The notes under the pieces: model-generated
Told to the model about the DNA's origin: nothing
Database searches by the model: none
Seen by the model: the letters and a program-made list of their open reading frames with translations, nothing else
Origin: an uncultured Verrucomicrobiae bacterium
Lineage (GTDB): Bacteria > Verrucomicrobiota > Verrucomicrobiia > Chthoniobacterales > Chthoniobacteraceae
DNA: 64,000 bases
NCBI GenBank assembly: GCA_963828525.1
Contig: CAWHEP010000006.1
Span: 42,728 to 106,727, forward strand
Reading direction: 5' to 3'
Part shown: positions 30,116 to 39,847 of the stretch, piece by piece
How the letters are laid out: each line of letters opens with the position of its first letter
How positions within the stretch are numbered: the first letter of the stretch is position 1
Position numbers and translations under genes: made by a program

Positions 30116-31303
30116 TTACGTCCCGTGCTTTGCCTGCTCTGCCTTGAAAGGAGCAGTAGCCACCCCCACGAAGCTGTCCGCGCAGCCGAAATAAACGAAC
30201 CACTGGTTGTGGAACAGCGCCAGCCCTTCGATGAACGTCGTTCCGGATCGGTAAAGGCCCGTCTGTTCCCAAGGGTAAGAGGGAGTGATGAACGGCTTAT
30301 CGAGCCGCGTGATGAGGTGAGTGGGATCGTTCACGTCGAACAAGGCCTGGCCCCCGCTATACACGCCGGGGCGCAACGTTGAATCTCCGGCGGCACCTCG
30401 GGCGTTTGTCCCGTTATAGAAGACGACAATCCCGTCCCTTGTCAGCACTGCCTGCGATCCAACCTCGGTCAACAGGCTGTCGAAGAACCCGTTCCGTGGA
30501 GTCATGATGATCAACAGCTTCCCATCCGGGCCTTCCAGCGGCTTCCAATGCGTAAGGTCATCCGAGGTGGCCACGCTCACCGCGTGTTCCCCGAAATACA
30601 TCCAGTAAGAACCCTTGATCTTCACGGCCACCAGCCTGCCATCCTTAACCTCATGGAGGATCGCGGCGGACTTGGTGCGGGTTCTCTCCCACTTGGTGCC
30701 GACGAAAGCGTTTCCTAGCTTAGTCCAGTGCCTCAGGTCTGTTGAGGAGGCGATGCCCGGACTGGAAATGGCGTTGCTATTTTGCGCGTAAGTCATGCGA
30801 TACGAGCCATCCGGCGCTTGCGCAAGGCGCGGATCCTCGCATCCCCGTCGAGTTTCAGTCCCGCTCCACTCGAAGTTCTGCTGGTCGTCCGGTGCCGGGT
30901 AGAAGACAGGAGCAAGGTCACAGGTGAAATGAAAACCATCTGCGCTTTCGGCATAACCGACGCGCGAGCAAGTGTTGCCTGGACCCTGCTGCGCGCGGTA
31001 GAGAACGACGATCTTCCCGTCGCAAACCGCCGCCGCCGGATTGTAAACCTGACCCTTCTCCCAATGGACGATCTCGTGGTTGATGGGGTTCTCAAACGTA
31101 GAATCCGGGTTCGGCCTTAACACAGGCTCTGGATTCGTCTGGCGGCTAAAAGGCCCAATTGCCCAAGCGGGAAGAGACGAAGCCTGCGAGTTCGCCGCGG
31201 GAGCAGGCGATGTGCCGGATACGCTTTGCGCGTGAAGAGGCAAAGCGAACGCCGCAGCTCCAAAGAAAAGCGCGGAAAGGAGGAGGGGAGATTCATTGGT
31301 CAT
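30116..31303 (-). CDS. Glycoside hydrolase family 130 protein (secreted, beta-mannosidase-like)
   Basis: Signal peptide, VYNPAA, GCEDPR, TKSAAI, YWMYFGE, FIEGL, YFGCADS. Start uncertain (31303-31372). Confidence 0.85.
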   Translation of the reverse strand: MTNESPLLLSALFFGAAAFALPLHAQSVSGTSPAPAANSQASSLPAWAIGPFSRQTNPEPVLRPNPDSTFENPINHEIVHWEKGQVYNPAAAVCDGKIVVLYRAQQGPGNTCSRVGYAESADGFHFTCDLAPVFYPAPDDQQNFEWSGTETRRGCEDPRLAQAPDGSYRMTYAQNSNAISSPGIASSTDLRHWTKLGNAFVGTKWERTRTKSAAILHEVKDGRLVAVKIKGSYWMYFGEHAVSVATSDDLTHWKPLEGPDGKLLIIMTPRNGFFDSLLTEVGSQAVLTRDGIVVFYNGTNARGAAGDSTLRPGVYSGGQALFDVNDPTHLITRLDKPFITPSYPWEQTGLYRSGTTFIEGLALFHNQWFVYFGCADSFVGVATAPFKAEQAKHGT

Positions 31304-31651
31304 GGGGGTAGGGGGCCGGTGTGCCAGGAGCGTGTGTATGACTGGATCAGGATACGCGCTAATTGTCATCAAAGCTGAGACGCGGCATCGCGACCGCTAT
31401 GTAAATAGCGGGGGTGATTGGTAGCGGCTGTATGTCAGCGCGGCGGCAAAAGTTGATGTCACGAGCCAGCACGGCGAAGTCGGTTGACGAGGCAAAGCAA
31501 AGCTGGTTCGCGGATCCATCTGTCGCAGCTTTTCATCCACACAAAAGACCTCGCCGTAAGCAAAGCAATGGGTATACCTAAGAAAGAGCGCGGGGAAACA
31601 GGAGCAGCGACCACCCTTGCGGATCGTCGCCCGGCCCGATAAGTTGCCAAT

Positions 31652-31876
31652 ATGAGCACCGCGACGATTTTGCCCCTGAGCGAGATGAGCCACGCGGCAA
31701 AGCTTCGCGTTATGGAGGAACTCTGGGATGATCTTTGCCATTCGCCCGAGGGCGTGCCCTCGCCCGCTTGGCACGGTGAAGTGCTGGCAGGGCGCGCGGA
31801 GCGGGTCGCGAAGGGCGACGCCGAGTTCCGCGAGTGGGCAGACGTGAAGGAACGTCTGCTTCGGAAGAAGGTGTGA
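31652..31876 (+). CDS. Putative addiction module antitoxin (TIGR02574-like)
   Basis: 74 aa, KLRVMEELWDDL...PSPAWHGEVL..R...F.EW..VK pattern. Preceded by TTGCGG-17-TAAGTT, 6 bp before the ATG. Confidence 0.85.
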   Translation: MSTATILPLSEMSHAAKLRVMEELWDDLCHSPEGVPSPAWHGEVLAGRAERVAKGDAEFREWADVKERLLRKKV

Positions 31877-31945
31877 GAATTCAGGTCCTCGACGAGGCGG
31901 AGGACGATTTGCGAGACGGGCGTGAGTTTACGACCGGCAGGAACC
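31873..31945 (+). pseudogene. Truncated RelE/ParE-type toxin (N-terminal fragment)
   Basis: GTG overlaps the antitoxin stop. Reads VRIQVLDEAEDDLRDGREF(Y)DRQE, a ParE-like N-terminus, then breaks off. Confidence 0.7.
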
Positions 31946-32009
31946 ACAGAAAAGCGCGGTCTCATGCAAAGGCTTCTGACCGGAAAGTTGCGGGTCAAGA
32001 CCACTGTAA
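31946..32009 (+). pseudogene. hsdS: C-terminal remnant of type I R-M specificity subunit
   Basis: KRGLMQRLLTGKLRV matches the conserved HsdS C-terminal pattern KKGLMQxLLTGKxRV. Confidence 0.7.
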
Positions 32010-32011
32010 CC

Positions 32012-33524
32012 ATGAACGAAGAAATAGTGACGCCGCCCGTCGTCTTGGTCTCATCTTCGCACGATTCGGAAGAGCACAAGAAATGGGTCAGGGATTTTGC
32101 AATGGCGCTTCGGGACGGCGGCATCGATGTGATTCTGGACCAGTGGGAGATTGGACCGGGTGATGACGTGCCGAAGTTCATGGAACAATCCGTCCGGAGA
32201 GCACTTCGGGTGATCATGGTTTGCACGGAGGAATATGTGCGGAAGGCGGATGATGGAAAGGGTGGCGCGGGCTACGAGGCTATGGTTGTCACGGGTGAAC
32301 TGGTTCGTGACTTGGGCACACGAAAATTCATTCCGGTTATCCGTCAAACAGGCGCCACACCATCCTCCCAGCGTGCGTATCCACACGCTACTTCGTTGAT
32401 TTCAGCAAGGATGAAGAGTTTTCCCAAAAGAAGACGCACCTAAATTTGAGAAACCACCTTTGGGAAAGAACCCGTTTGCCGCTGCCGTGCCAAAGGCCGA
32501 TCCGTCACCGGTTGCGGCATCGGGGGTTTCTGTTCCAAGCGGTCCGTATGAATTACGAACTTTCTCTGTCCTATGCGAATGCCGGGAACTTCGCCAAATG
32601 GCGCGAACTGATTCACAAGGAGAAGGTCGAGGCTGGGGCCGAGATGCTACGCTGGAAGGCCGAAAACCAGAAAAACACTCCGCCGCTCAAGAAGGATTTC
32701 CCTTATTTTTTCTGCCTGGAGTGGCGACTCATAGCGATTTATTCGCTGCTGCATTCGGGGCTTTCGATTCAACGGATGAGCGATTCCACAATCAGCTGAG
32801 CCTCCTAGATTGGATTCGTAATCCGAAAGATTGGCAGTGGAAGCTCGTCCAAGCCTCTGGGTGGCGCTTCCTGAGTTGGTGTTGTTCACCTATCAGGCTT
32901 TGCTGGGAGGACTGGCGCTGAGCCGCCATCGCCCCGAGATGGCTTACAATCTCGCGACTACGTCGTTGACAGACTCGTACTCCCCCCGCGCGCGCAGTAG
33001 AGACGCAGAGCCATTATTCAAGAACTCGCGCTTTACCGGGTGGCCGGACTCACTCGATCACACCTGCACTGTCGCGTGGGTGTTTCTACAAAAAGCAGCC
33101 AAGCAGTGGGAGTGGTTGTGGAAATTGTTCGGAAGCGAGCAAGACACGGTCGCCGCTATCGCCGCCTACTACCTCTTCCTCAATACAATGGACTTTGTTT
33201 CCGCTGTCAAAGCCAAAACCGAAGGCGTTGCGGAGCTACGGGGGCCTCAGCCACCCCTGTTTTTCCTCCGTGTAGAAGACGACATTTTCACTCGCACGCA
33301 AGGCGTGTTTTTCGGATCAGCGCCCTTCATTGCAGAAATGCTTTCGGAGAATGGAATTGCGGGCGATGCCTTGCCCGCTCTTTGGAACCTTTGGATGCAA
33401 AGCTGCGGGAAGTGGCTGGGGGAGGTTTATAATAATGCTTGGAGTAGGGCACGAGCTCGTAATGCCGCATAGCGATTTGCCTCGGATGCTCTTCCGAGGC
33501 CCTCAAAAGCGCCTAATCGAGTAA
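32012..33524 (+). CDS. TIR/SEFIR-domain protein with uncharacterised C-terminal helical domain (several frameshifts)
   Basis: VLVSSSHDSEEHKKWV..A..LR..GIDVILDQW..PGDDVPKFME...VIMVCTEEY..KAD...GAGYE...KFIPV. Successive ORFs 32460, 32446, 32831 and 33330 continue to the stop at 33524. Confidence 0.75.
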
Positions 33525-33536
33525 TATTAGACGCCA

Positions 33537-33640
33537 ATGTTTACTCCATCTTTTCTCGAAGCCCACATCAGCCAGTTTCCTGCGATGCGGCTGTTGCAGC
33601 AGTTGGGCTATGCGTGCGCGCGTCGGGAGGAGGTGCGGAC
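33537..33640 (+). pseudogene. hsdR: 5' fragment of type I restriction subunit (copy 1)
   Basis: MFTPSFLEAHISQFPAMRLLQQLGY resembles a common HsdR N-terminus. Homologous to the longer fragment at 35161. Confidence 0.65.
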
Positions 33641-33649
33641 CGCGCTGAG

Positions 33650-34350
33650 AAGCCCAGCGGGGACTCGCGCTATCAAGATCCCGGGCCACTTGCAGTTGAA
33701 TAAGGGCGTTGTCCAGCCCCGGATGCCCGCCCAAGAGGGCCGGCGGGCCGTACACGATTTTGCCCGGGTGGGCCGTGCCGCGGCTCCACGCCGAGCCTTC
33801 GACGAGCGCGGAGTCGAACTGTGCCGGGGAGGCAGATGGGGGCGCACTCGAAGAGCGCGACGTTCACGAGGGCGGGATCGTGCCGGGAGCGGTAGAGGAT
33901 GCCGTCCGCGGTGGCAGGATGGAGCATGATCCGGAGCGCCCATTTGCGCGTGGTGGAGTAGAGGCCGGTGAGGATTTGGGCGTCGCCCCCCAACTTGGAG
34001 AGATTTCCCCCGGTGAGGTCGAGCAGGCGGACATCGGGCAGGCTGACGCGGCTGACCCAGTTTCATTCAGTTGGGTCTCGGTGACGCTGCGCCCAATGCT
34101 GCCGACGGGACCCCAGTGGTCATCAAATACCTCCATGAGGGCGCCGGGAAGCGTCTCCGCAACGCAAAGAGTCCCGATGCCGTGCTGGGGATCGAACCGT
34201 GTGTTGTTGCGCTTGCTAAGTAGATGGGGCCGGACGGCTCGCCGTGTCCGGGTCGGTCGGATGGAGGCGGTAGAAGACACCCTCCAGCTCAACGCAAAGG
34301 CGGCGAGGTCGAGCCTGTTGAACTCAGCCTGCGGGAGAGGCTCGATCTCC
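33650..34350 (-). pseudogene. RES-domain toxin (frameshifted)
   Basis: Joined frames give VFYRLH, NTRFDP..GIGTLCVAETL..ALMEVF and DGILYRSRHDP..VNVALFE, covering the R, E and S motif segments. Confidence 0.75.
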
Positions 34351-35059
34351 AGCTATTTTCCTCGGCATGCGCTTCGCGTGGGCACGACCGTGTCGATTGC
34401 CCCCTCCTTCAAAAGGTCCAACGGCGCGCGCCGTCAACTCGCCCCATCCGGCGAGGAAGTAACGCATCACCCGCCACTCGTCATGACTCTTGAATGTTTG
34501 AGTTTGAACCGGGTCTCCAACTCCGCGCCGGTCCATGCTCCGCCTCGGGCATCCTTCATCTCGCGCACCGCCGCCTCGCCGGCCGCGCGGCGGATCAAAT
34601 GCCGACGGTGCCGGCAGCTTGGGCGGCTCGATTTTATGAGTTTTGACGTGCCAGTGTATCCTGGGATGCGAATGGGATTTGGTGTCGTCGATCAGCGTAA
34701 GGAAATTCTCGACTCTCGACTTCTCCGCCTCCGACGAAACCTCGCGCAGGATGTCTCGGACGGTCGCTTCGCCCTTGGCGTAGGGCCAGTCTGCGACAAT
34801 CGTGAAAACCAACATTCTCGGACCGTCGTCGAAATAGACACCCGCCAGACCGAGGTCTCGCCAGTTGAGCGTCGGAAGGGATTGCCAGAGGCGATCAAGG
34901 TTCGCGGGCTGAACGGGAGTATTTGGCGAAGGTTCGGGCGCCTCCTTCTGATTCAGGCTGCGAGGGCGTGACGAATCGGACTATCGCCGGAGCTTTCCCA
35001 AGGAAGGTCCAATCCCAGGCCTTTCGTTTTGTGGCGGGAGAACGGGTTGTGATCGGCAT
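34350..35059 (-). pseudogene. Antitoxin with MbcA/ParS/Xre-like C-terminal domain (frameshifted)
   Basis: Joined frames end HDEWRVMRYFL...PLDLLKEGAIDTVVAHA..HAEENSW directly upstream of the RES gene. ATG at 35059 follows a promoter. Confidence 0.55.
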
Positions 35060-35065
35060 CAAAGG

Positions 35066-35094
35066 AATATATCAACGAAATCAACGAAATCAAC
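35066..35094 (-). promoter_or_regulatory. Promoter of antitoxin-RES operon overlapped by 9-bp direct repeats
   Basis: Minus-strand TTGATT-16-TATATT. ATCAACGAA x2 plus ATCAAC at 35071-35094. Confidence 0.55.
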
Positions 35095-35160
35095 CATTTC
35101 GCAGACCAAAATGACTGTGCGCGCCATTGGCGTCTCCGCGTCCGCCCATCTCTCTGTGTC

Positions 35161-35430
35161 ATGAATCCCCCCTCTTTCCTCGAAGCTCACATGACCAGAC
35201 CCCGGCGATACGGCTGCTGCAGCAACTCGGTTACACATACCTGAGCCCCGAGGAAGCGCGGTGGAACGGCGGGGCAAGCTGCGGCATGTGCTGCTGGAAG
35301 GGGTTCGCTCAACTAGCTTAAACGGCTGAACCGGATTTCATTCAAGGGACGGAGGTTTCCTTCAGCGACGAAAATATCGCCAACGGCATCGAAGCACTGC
35401 GCGAGGTTCCGTTCGACGGGTTGGTGCGAC
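35161..35430 (+). pseudogene. hsdR: 5' fragment of type I restriction subunit (copy 2)
   Basis: Joined frames read MNPPSFLEAH..QTPAIRLLQQLGYTYLSPEEA..ERRGKLRHVLLEG...LKRLNRISFKG...FSDENIANGIEALREVPFDGLVR. Confidence 0.75.
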
Positions 35431-35468
35431 GTTCTCACAGGCGGCCTCGGATACCAAAAGGAAATATA

Positions 35469-35496
35469 TGGACACATTGCGTCCACTTTTTATACT
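35469..35496 (+). promoter_or_regulatory. Promoter/operator of the abiE operon
   Basis: TGGACA-16-TATACT, with inverted repeat TGGAC-N7-GTCCA covering the -35 box. Confidence 0.55.
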
Positions 35497-35507
35497 TTCG
35501 ACTCCAA

Positions 35508-36305
35508 GTGGACGCCATCACATCCATATCTGATCTTGTCGAATCGCTCCAGCGGCGTGGGCGGTATGCGTTCACCCGAGCCGAGGTTGAGGCGGCCCTT
35601 CCGCTCTCCGAAGAGGCTCTGACGAAAGGTCTCCAGCGACTCGCGCGCAAGGGCCGTGTGCGGATGTTGCGGCGGGGCTTTTTCGTCATCATCCCGGTCG
35701 AGTATTCGGCGACGGGGATGATTCCCACGGATTGGTTCGTCGCCGAACTGATGCAGTTTCTCGATCTGCCCTACTACATCGGTGTGCTCAGCGCGGCGGC
35801 GCTCCATGGCGCCGCGCATCAGCAGGCGCAGGAGTATCACGTCGTGGTGCCAAAGCCGGAATGACCCGTGCGCCAGCCCACGGTGACGATCCGCTTTTTC
35901 CGCCACGCCGCCATGAGTGCGACGCTGACGGAGTCTGTCAAGGGCTACACGGGGATGCTGCCGGTTTCGACGCCGGCGGCGACCGCGCTGGACCTGGTGC
36001 GCTTCGCGGCGCGCATCGGCGGACTGGATGCGGTGCTCACGGTGCTCGCTGAACTCGCGGAGAAACTGACGCCGGAAAGTGTGCTCGCCGCCGCGCAGGC
36101 AGAATCCGAACTGGCGCAGGTGCAGCGGCTTGGCTGGCTGCTGGAGCGCGCGGGCTCGCCGCAACTCGCGGAGCCGCTCGCCGACTGGCTCGCCGCCCGG
36201 CCCCGGCACAAAGTGCGGCTCGACCCTCGGCGTCCCGCGCTCGGTGCGCGCAAGGACGCGCGCTGGCAGGTGGTGGTGAATGCCGATCCGCAAAGCGAAG
36301 TATGA
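35508..36305 (+). pseudogene. AbiEi-family type IV antitoxin with in-frame TGA at 35862
   Basis: GRYAFTRAE..L.RL..KGRV..LRRGFFVIIPVEY, YYIGVLSAAALHGAAHQ, VSTPAATALDLV, W.VVVN. The two ORFs are in the same frame across a single stop. Confidence 0.85.
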
Positions 36306-37095
36306 TTCCCGGAGCCATCATCACCAAATGGCGGGCGCACAGCCCGTGGACGAGCGCCGCGCACGTTGAGCAAGACCTCATCATCGCCCGTGCGCTCGTG
36401 GAGCTTTATAGTCTCGCCCGAGTTTTCCGCGCACATGCTGTTTCGCGGCGGCACCGCGTTGCACAAACTCGTCCTGCATCCGCCCGCGCGCTATTCCGAA
36501 GACCTCGACTTCGTGCAGATGAAGCCCGAACCCATTGGCCCGGTGCTCGACATCATCCGCGCGCGACTCGACCCGTGGCTCGGCGCACCCCGGCACGAAC
36601 ACACCGCACGCGGCACGACGCTGACCTACCGCATTCAATCCGAGTTGCCGCCGGTGACGCCGCTGCGGCTGAAAATCGAGATCAACACGCGCGAGCATTT
36701 TCAGGTCTTCGACGTGGAGCGGCGCGCGTTCGCGGTCGAGACGCGGTGGTTCACGGGCGCGTGCGACATTCCCATCTACGCGCTCGACGAACTCCTCGGC
36801 ACAAAACTGCGCGCCCTTTATCAGCGGCGCAAAGGCCGCGATCTTTTCGACCTGTGGCTCGGCCTCACGCAAGGCGGCGCAGACACAACGCGTATCGCCC
36901 AGGCTTTCCACGCCTACCTCGCGGCGGAAGGCCACTCGGTTTCAGCCAGGCAGTTGAGGCAGAACCTCGCCGCAAAGATGACCGATGCGGCATTCCTGAG
37001 CGACGTGCCTTCATTACTGCGGCCCGGTGTCGCTTACGACGCCAGAGAAGCGCATACGCTGGTCGAACGTGAATTGACTCACGCAGCTTTGAGCA
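36302..37095 (+). CDS. AbiEii-family nucleotidyltransferase toxin (frameshift near 36410; 3' end uncertain)
   Basis: VEQDLII, FRGGTALHKL, RYSEDLDF, LKIEINTREH, KLRALYQRRKGRDLFDL. Confidence 0.88.
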
Positions 37096-37254
37096 TGGAA
37101 GGATGCAACATTCGCGGTGAGGAATTCGGGCGGACAATTGGCGGACAAATTTTAGGCCAGTTCCAGCTTGTTCCAGACCGTGCGAAACAGAATCTGCAAA
37201 AACTCATGATTCAGAGTAATTCTCTGAAAATGAGCACCTTACAGAGTAGTAAAG

Positions 37255-37331
<77 letters not shown>

Positions 37332-37504
37332 ATTCAGACCTTGCAGGCAGTCCCCTTTGTTTGCAAATCATTTCGCCATAAATTCCCATACTCTCGCAGA
37401 GCCGTGGTCCCCGCCCGCAAATAGTTCGGTCTGAGCCCTACCGTCCTGCAAACAGTTAAACAGTGTCAGCCTCCTCGCACGAAAAGTGCTAATTTAATTT
37501 TCAA

Positions 37505-39847
37505 ATGATCGCTTTCCCCCCAGAAACGCCGCCACCTTACGCGGAGAATGAGGCTGCGTACCGCGACCTCTTTGACGAGGCGCCCGTCGCTTATCACGAA
37601 CTCGACCTGGAGGGGCGGTTTACCCGGGTAAATCACACCGAACTGGTGATGCTGGGCTACACCACCGATGAGATGGTCGGACGCCCCGTCGCGGATTTCA
37701 TCGTTGAGAAGGTTTCCCGCGAAGCAATCGCTTCCAAGGTTCGGGAGGAGGCTCCTCTTATTGCCTATGAACGGACTTTCCAGCGCAAGGATGGGTCTCT
37801 TGTCCCTGTGTTAATGCAGGATCGGCTCATCCGCGACCAATTCGGGCGCGTTCGCGGCATCCGCTCGACCTTGCAGGACATAGGGCTGCGGAAGCAGATT
37901 GAGTCCGAGCTGGAAAAGGCGCGCGACGCCGCCGTTGAGTCCACGCGCTTGAAGTCACAATTCCTGGCGAACATGAGCCATGAGATCAGGACGCCGATGA
38001 ATGGCGTCATCGGTATGACCGGGCTGCTGCTCGACACGGATCTGACTGCCAAACAGCGCGATTTCGCCGAGACGATCCGCACGAGCGCGGAAGCCCTCCT
38101 CACCATTATCAACGACATCCTGGATTTCTCCAAAATCGAGGCTGGGATGCTGAAGATGGAAAATGCCGACTTCGATCTCCGCGCCGTTGTGGAAGGCTCC
38201 GTCGAATTGCTGGCCGAGAGCGCGCTCAGCAAGCGGATCGAACTCGCATCCCTTGTTTACAGCGACTTGCCGACCGCTTTGCGGGGGGATTCGGGCCGCT
38301 TGCGGCAGGTTCTCACAAATCTGATCGGGAACGCGGTGAAGTTCACGGAGAAAGGGGAGGTGGTGGTGCGCGCCACGAAGAAGGCGGAAACAGGCTCACA
38401 CATCGTGGTTCGCTTTACTGTCTCGGACACGGGGATTGGCATTTCACCGGAAGAGGGCGAACGGCTATTCCAGGCGTTTTCTCAAGCAGACGGTTCCACC
38501 ACCCGAAAATATGGAGGTACTGGCCTGGGCTTGGCCATATCGAAGCAGATCGTGCAGCAGATGGGCGGGGAGATCGGCGTGGATAGTATCCCCGGAGAAG
38601 GGTCCACCTTCTGGTTCACCGCGAAGTTCGAGAAACAGCCAGAGGGAGGGAAAGACGCGGAGGAACCCGGCCAGAAGGGCGATCTCGCGGGTGTGCGCGT
38701 CCTTGTTGTGGACGACAACGCCACAAACAGGAAAATACTGCATCATCAACTGGTCTCGTGGAGGATGGCGAACGGAGAAGCGGCAAGCGGCGCGAGCGCT
38801 CTTGACCTGCTTCGGGAGAAGGCCCGCGCCGGAGTGCCGTTCGAGCTTGCCATTTTGGATATGCAGATGAGTGAGATGGATGGCTGGATGCTTGCCAAAG
38901 CGATCAAAGCGGATCCGCTGATCTCCGCGACCCGTCTTGTAATGATGACATCCCTGGATCGACAGGAGGACGCCGATGGCATGCGCGGCGCGGGTCTGGA
39001 TGCTTATCTCACAAAGCCGGTAAAGCAGTCCCAGCTTTTCGATTCGTTGAGCGCGGTTCTCGCGCAAGCGAATCCCACTGAGATCAAAGCGCCGCCCGGC
39101 GCCACACATACCGCCACGACCCGTTCCTTGCGCATCTTGATCGCGGAAGACAATCTCGTAAACCAGAAGGTCGCTGTGTATCAGGCGCGCCGCCTGGGCC
39201 ATACCGCCGTCGTAACGAACAATGGGCGCGAAGCGCTCGAAGCGTTAGAAACCAATCACTACGACCTGATCCTTATGGATTGCCAGATGCCCGATATCGA
39301 TGGATACGCGGCGACCGCCGAAATACGGCGCCGGGAAGGGCAGGGGACCCGCCACATACCCATCATCGCCATGACCGCGCATTCAATGGAAGGCGACCGC
39401 GAGAAATGCCTGGCTTCAGGGATGGACGATTACGTCAGCAAGCCAGTCCAGCCTGAATCCCTCCGCGCGGCCATCGAGCGCTGCCACAAGCGAGAGTCCG
39501 CTACAGCTGTCGATGCGCGCCTCATCTCCGAACTGCGCGATATGAGCGGCGAGGGCCAAAACATCCTCGGTGAACTTATCGAGACATTCCTCGAGAACAC
39601 CCCGCGTCTCCTGGCGGCGGCCCGGCAAGCGCTCGCCAACGGCTCCGGCGATTCCCTCTCCGCGCTGGCTCATAATCTGAAAGGGAGCTGCGCGAACTTC
39701 GGCGCGAAAGCGATGGTAAAGGCCTGTGGCGACTTGGAGAAAGGCGCTCTTGCGGGAAAGCCAGATGCCGTCGCAACCCAGTTGGAGGCCGTCGAGGAAG
39801 AATATCAGCGGGTAAACGCCGCCCTTGCCGTGGAACTCACCAGATGA
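37505..39847 (+). CDS. Hybrid sensor histidine kinase (PAS-HisKA-HATPase-REC-REC-HPt)
   Basis: FLANMSHEIRTPMNG, NLIGNAVKFT, DTGIG, GGTGLGL, two receiver domains (LDMQM, MDCQMP), AHNLKGS HPt. Confidence 0.95.
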   Translation: MIAFPPETPPPYAENEAAYRDLFDEAPVAYHELDLEGRFTRVNHTELVMLGYTTDEMVGRPVADFIVEKVSREAIASKVREEAPLIAYERTFQRKDGSLVPVLMQDRLIRDQFGRVRGIRSTLQDIGLRKQIESELEKARDAAVESTRLKSQFLANMSHEIRTPMNGVIGMTGLLLDTDLTAKQRDFAETIRTSAEALLTIINDILDFSKIEAGMLKMENADFDLRAVVEGSVELLAESALSKRIELASLVYSDLPTALRGDSGRLRQVLTNLIGNAVKFTEKGEVVVRATKKAETGSHIVVRFTVSDTGIGISPEEGERLFQAFSQADGSTTRKYGGTGLGLAISKQIVQQMGGEIGVDSIPGEGSTFWFTAKFEKQPEGGKDAEEPGQKGDLAGVRVLVVDDNATNRKILHHQLVSWRMANGEAASGASALDLLREKARAGVPFELAILDMQMSEMDGWMLAKAIKADPLISATRLVMMTSLDRQEDADGMRGAGLDAYLTKPVKQSQLFDSLSAVLAQANPTEIKAPPGATHTATTRSLRILIAEDNLVNQKVAVYQARRLGHTAVVTNNGREALEALETNHYDLILMDCQMPDIDGYAATAEIRRREGQGTRHIPIIAMTAHSMEGDREKCLASGMDDYVSKPVQPESLRAAIERCHKRESATAVDARLISELRDMSGEGQNILGELIETFLENTPRLLAAARQALANGSGDSLSALAHNLKGSCANFGAKAMVKACGDLEKGALAGKPDAVATQLEAVEEEYQRVNAALAVELTR

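Larger units (their letters stand above)
31617..37254. mobile_element. Decayed defence/TA island adjacent to the 3' end of tRNA-fMet
   Basis: Cluster of TA modules, a TIR gene and type I R-M fragments that ends at the tRNA 3' end. GGCGGACAA direct repeat at 37129 and 37140 resembles integrase arm sites. No integrase remains and the left boundary is uncertain. Confidence 0.65.

Noticed and set aside
31408..31420. GCGGGGGT match to the tRNA-fMet 3' end as the second att site
   Set aside because: Only 8 bp identical in GC-rich DNA. The position is suggestive but the match is too short to support a call.
33709..34971. 420-aa plus-strand ORF and other long shadow ORFs (for example 5173-6237, 14085-15125, 42006-43076, 59639-60853, 60911-62044)
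   Set aside because: They are antisense to recognisable genes, have no motifs, and are expected in high-GC sequence.
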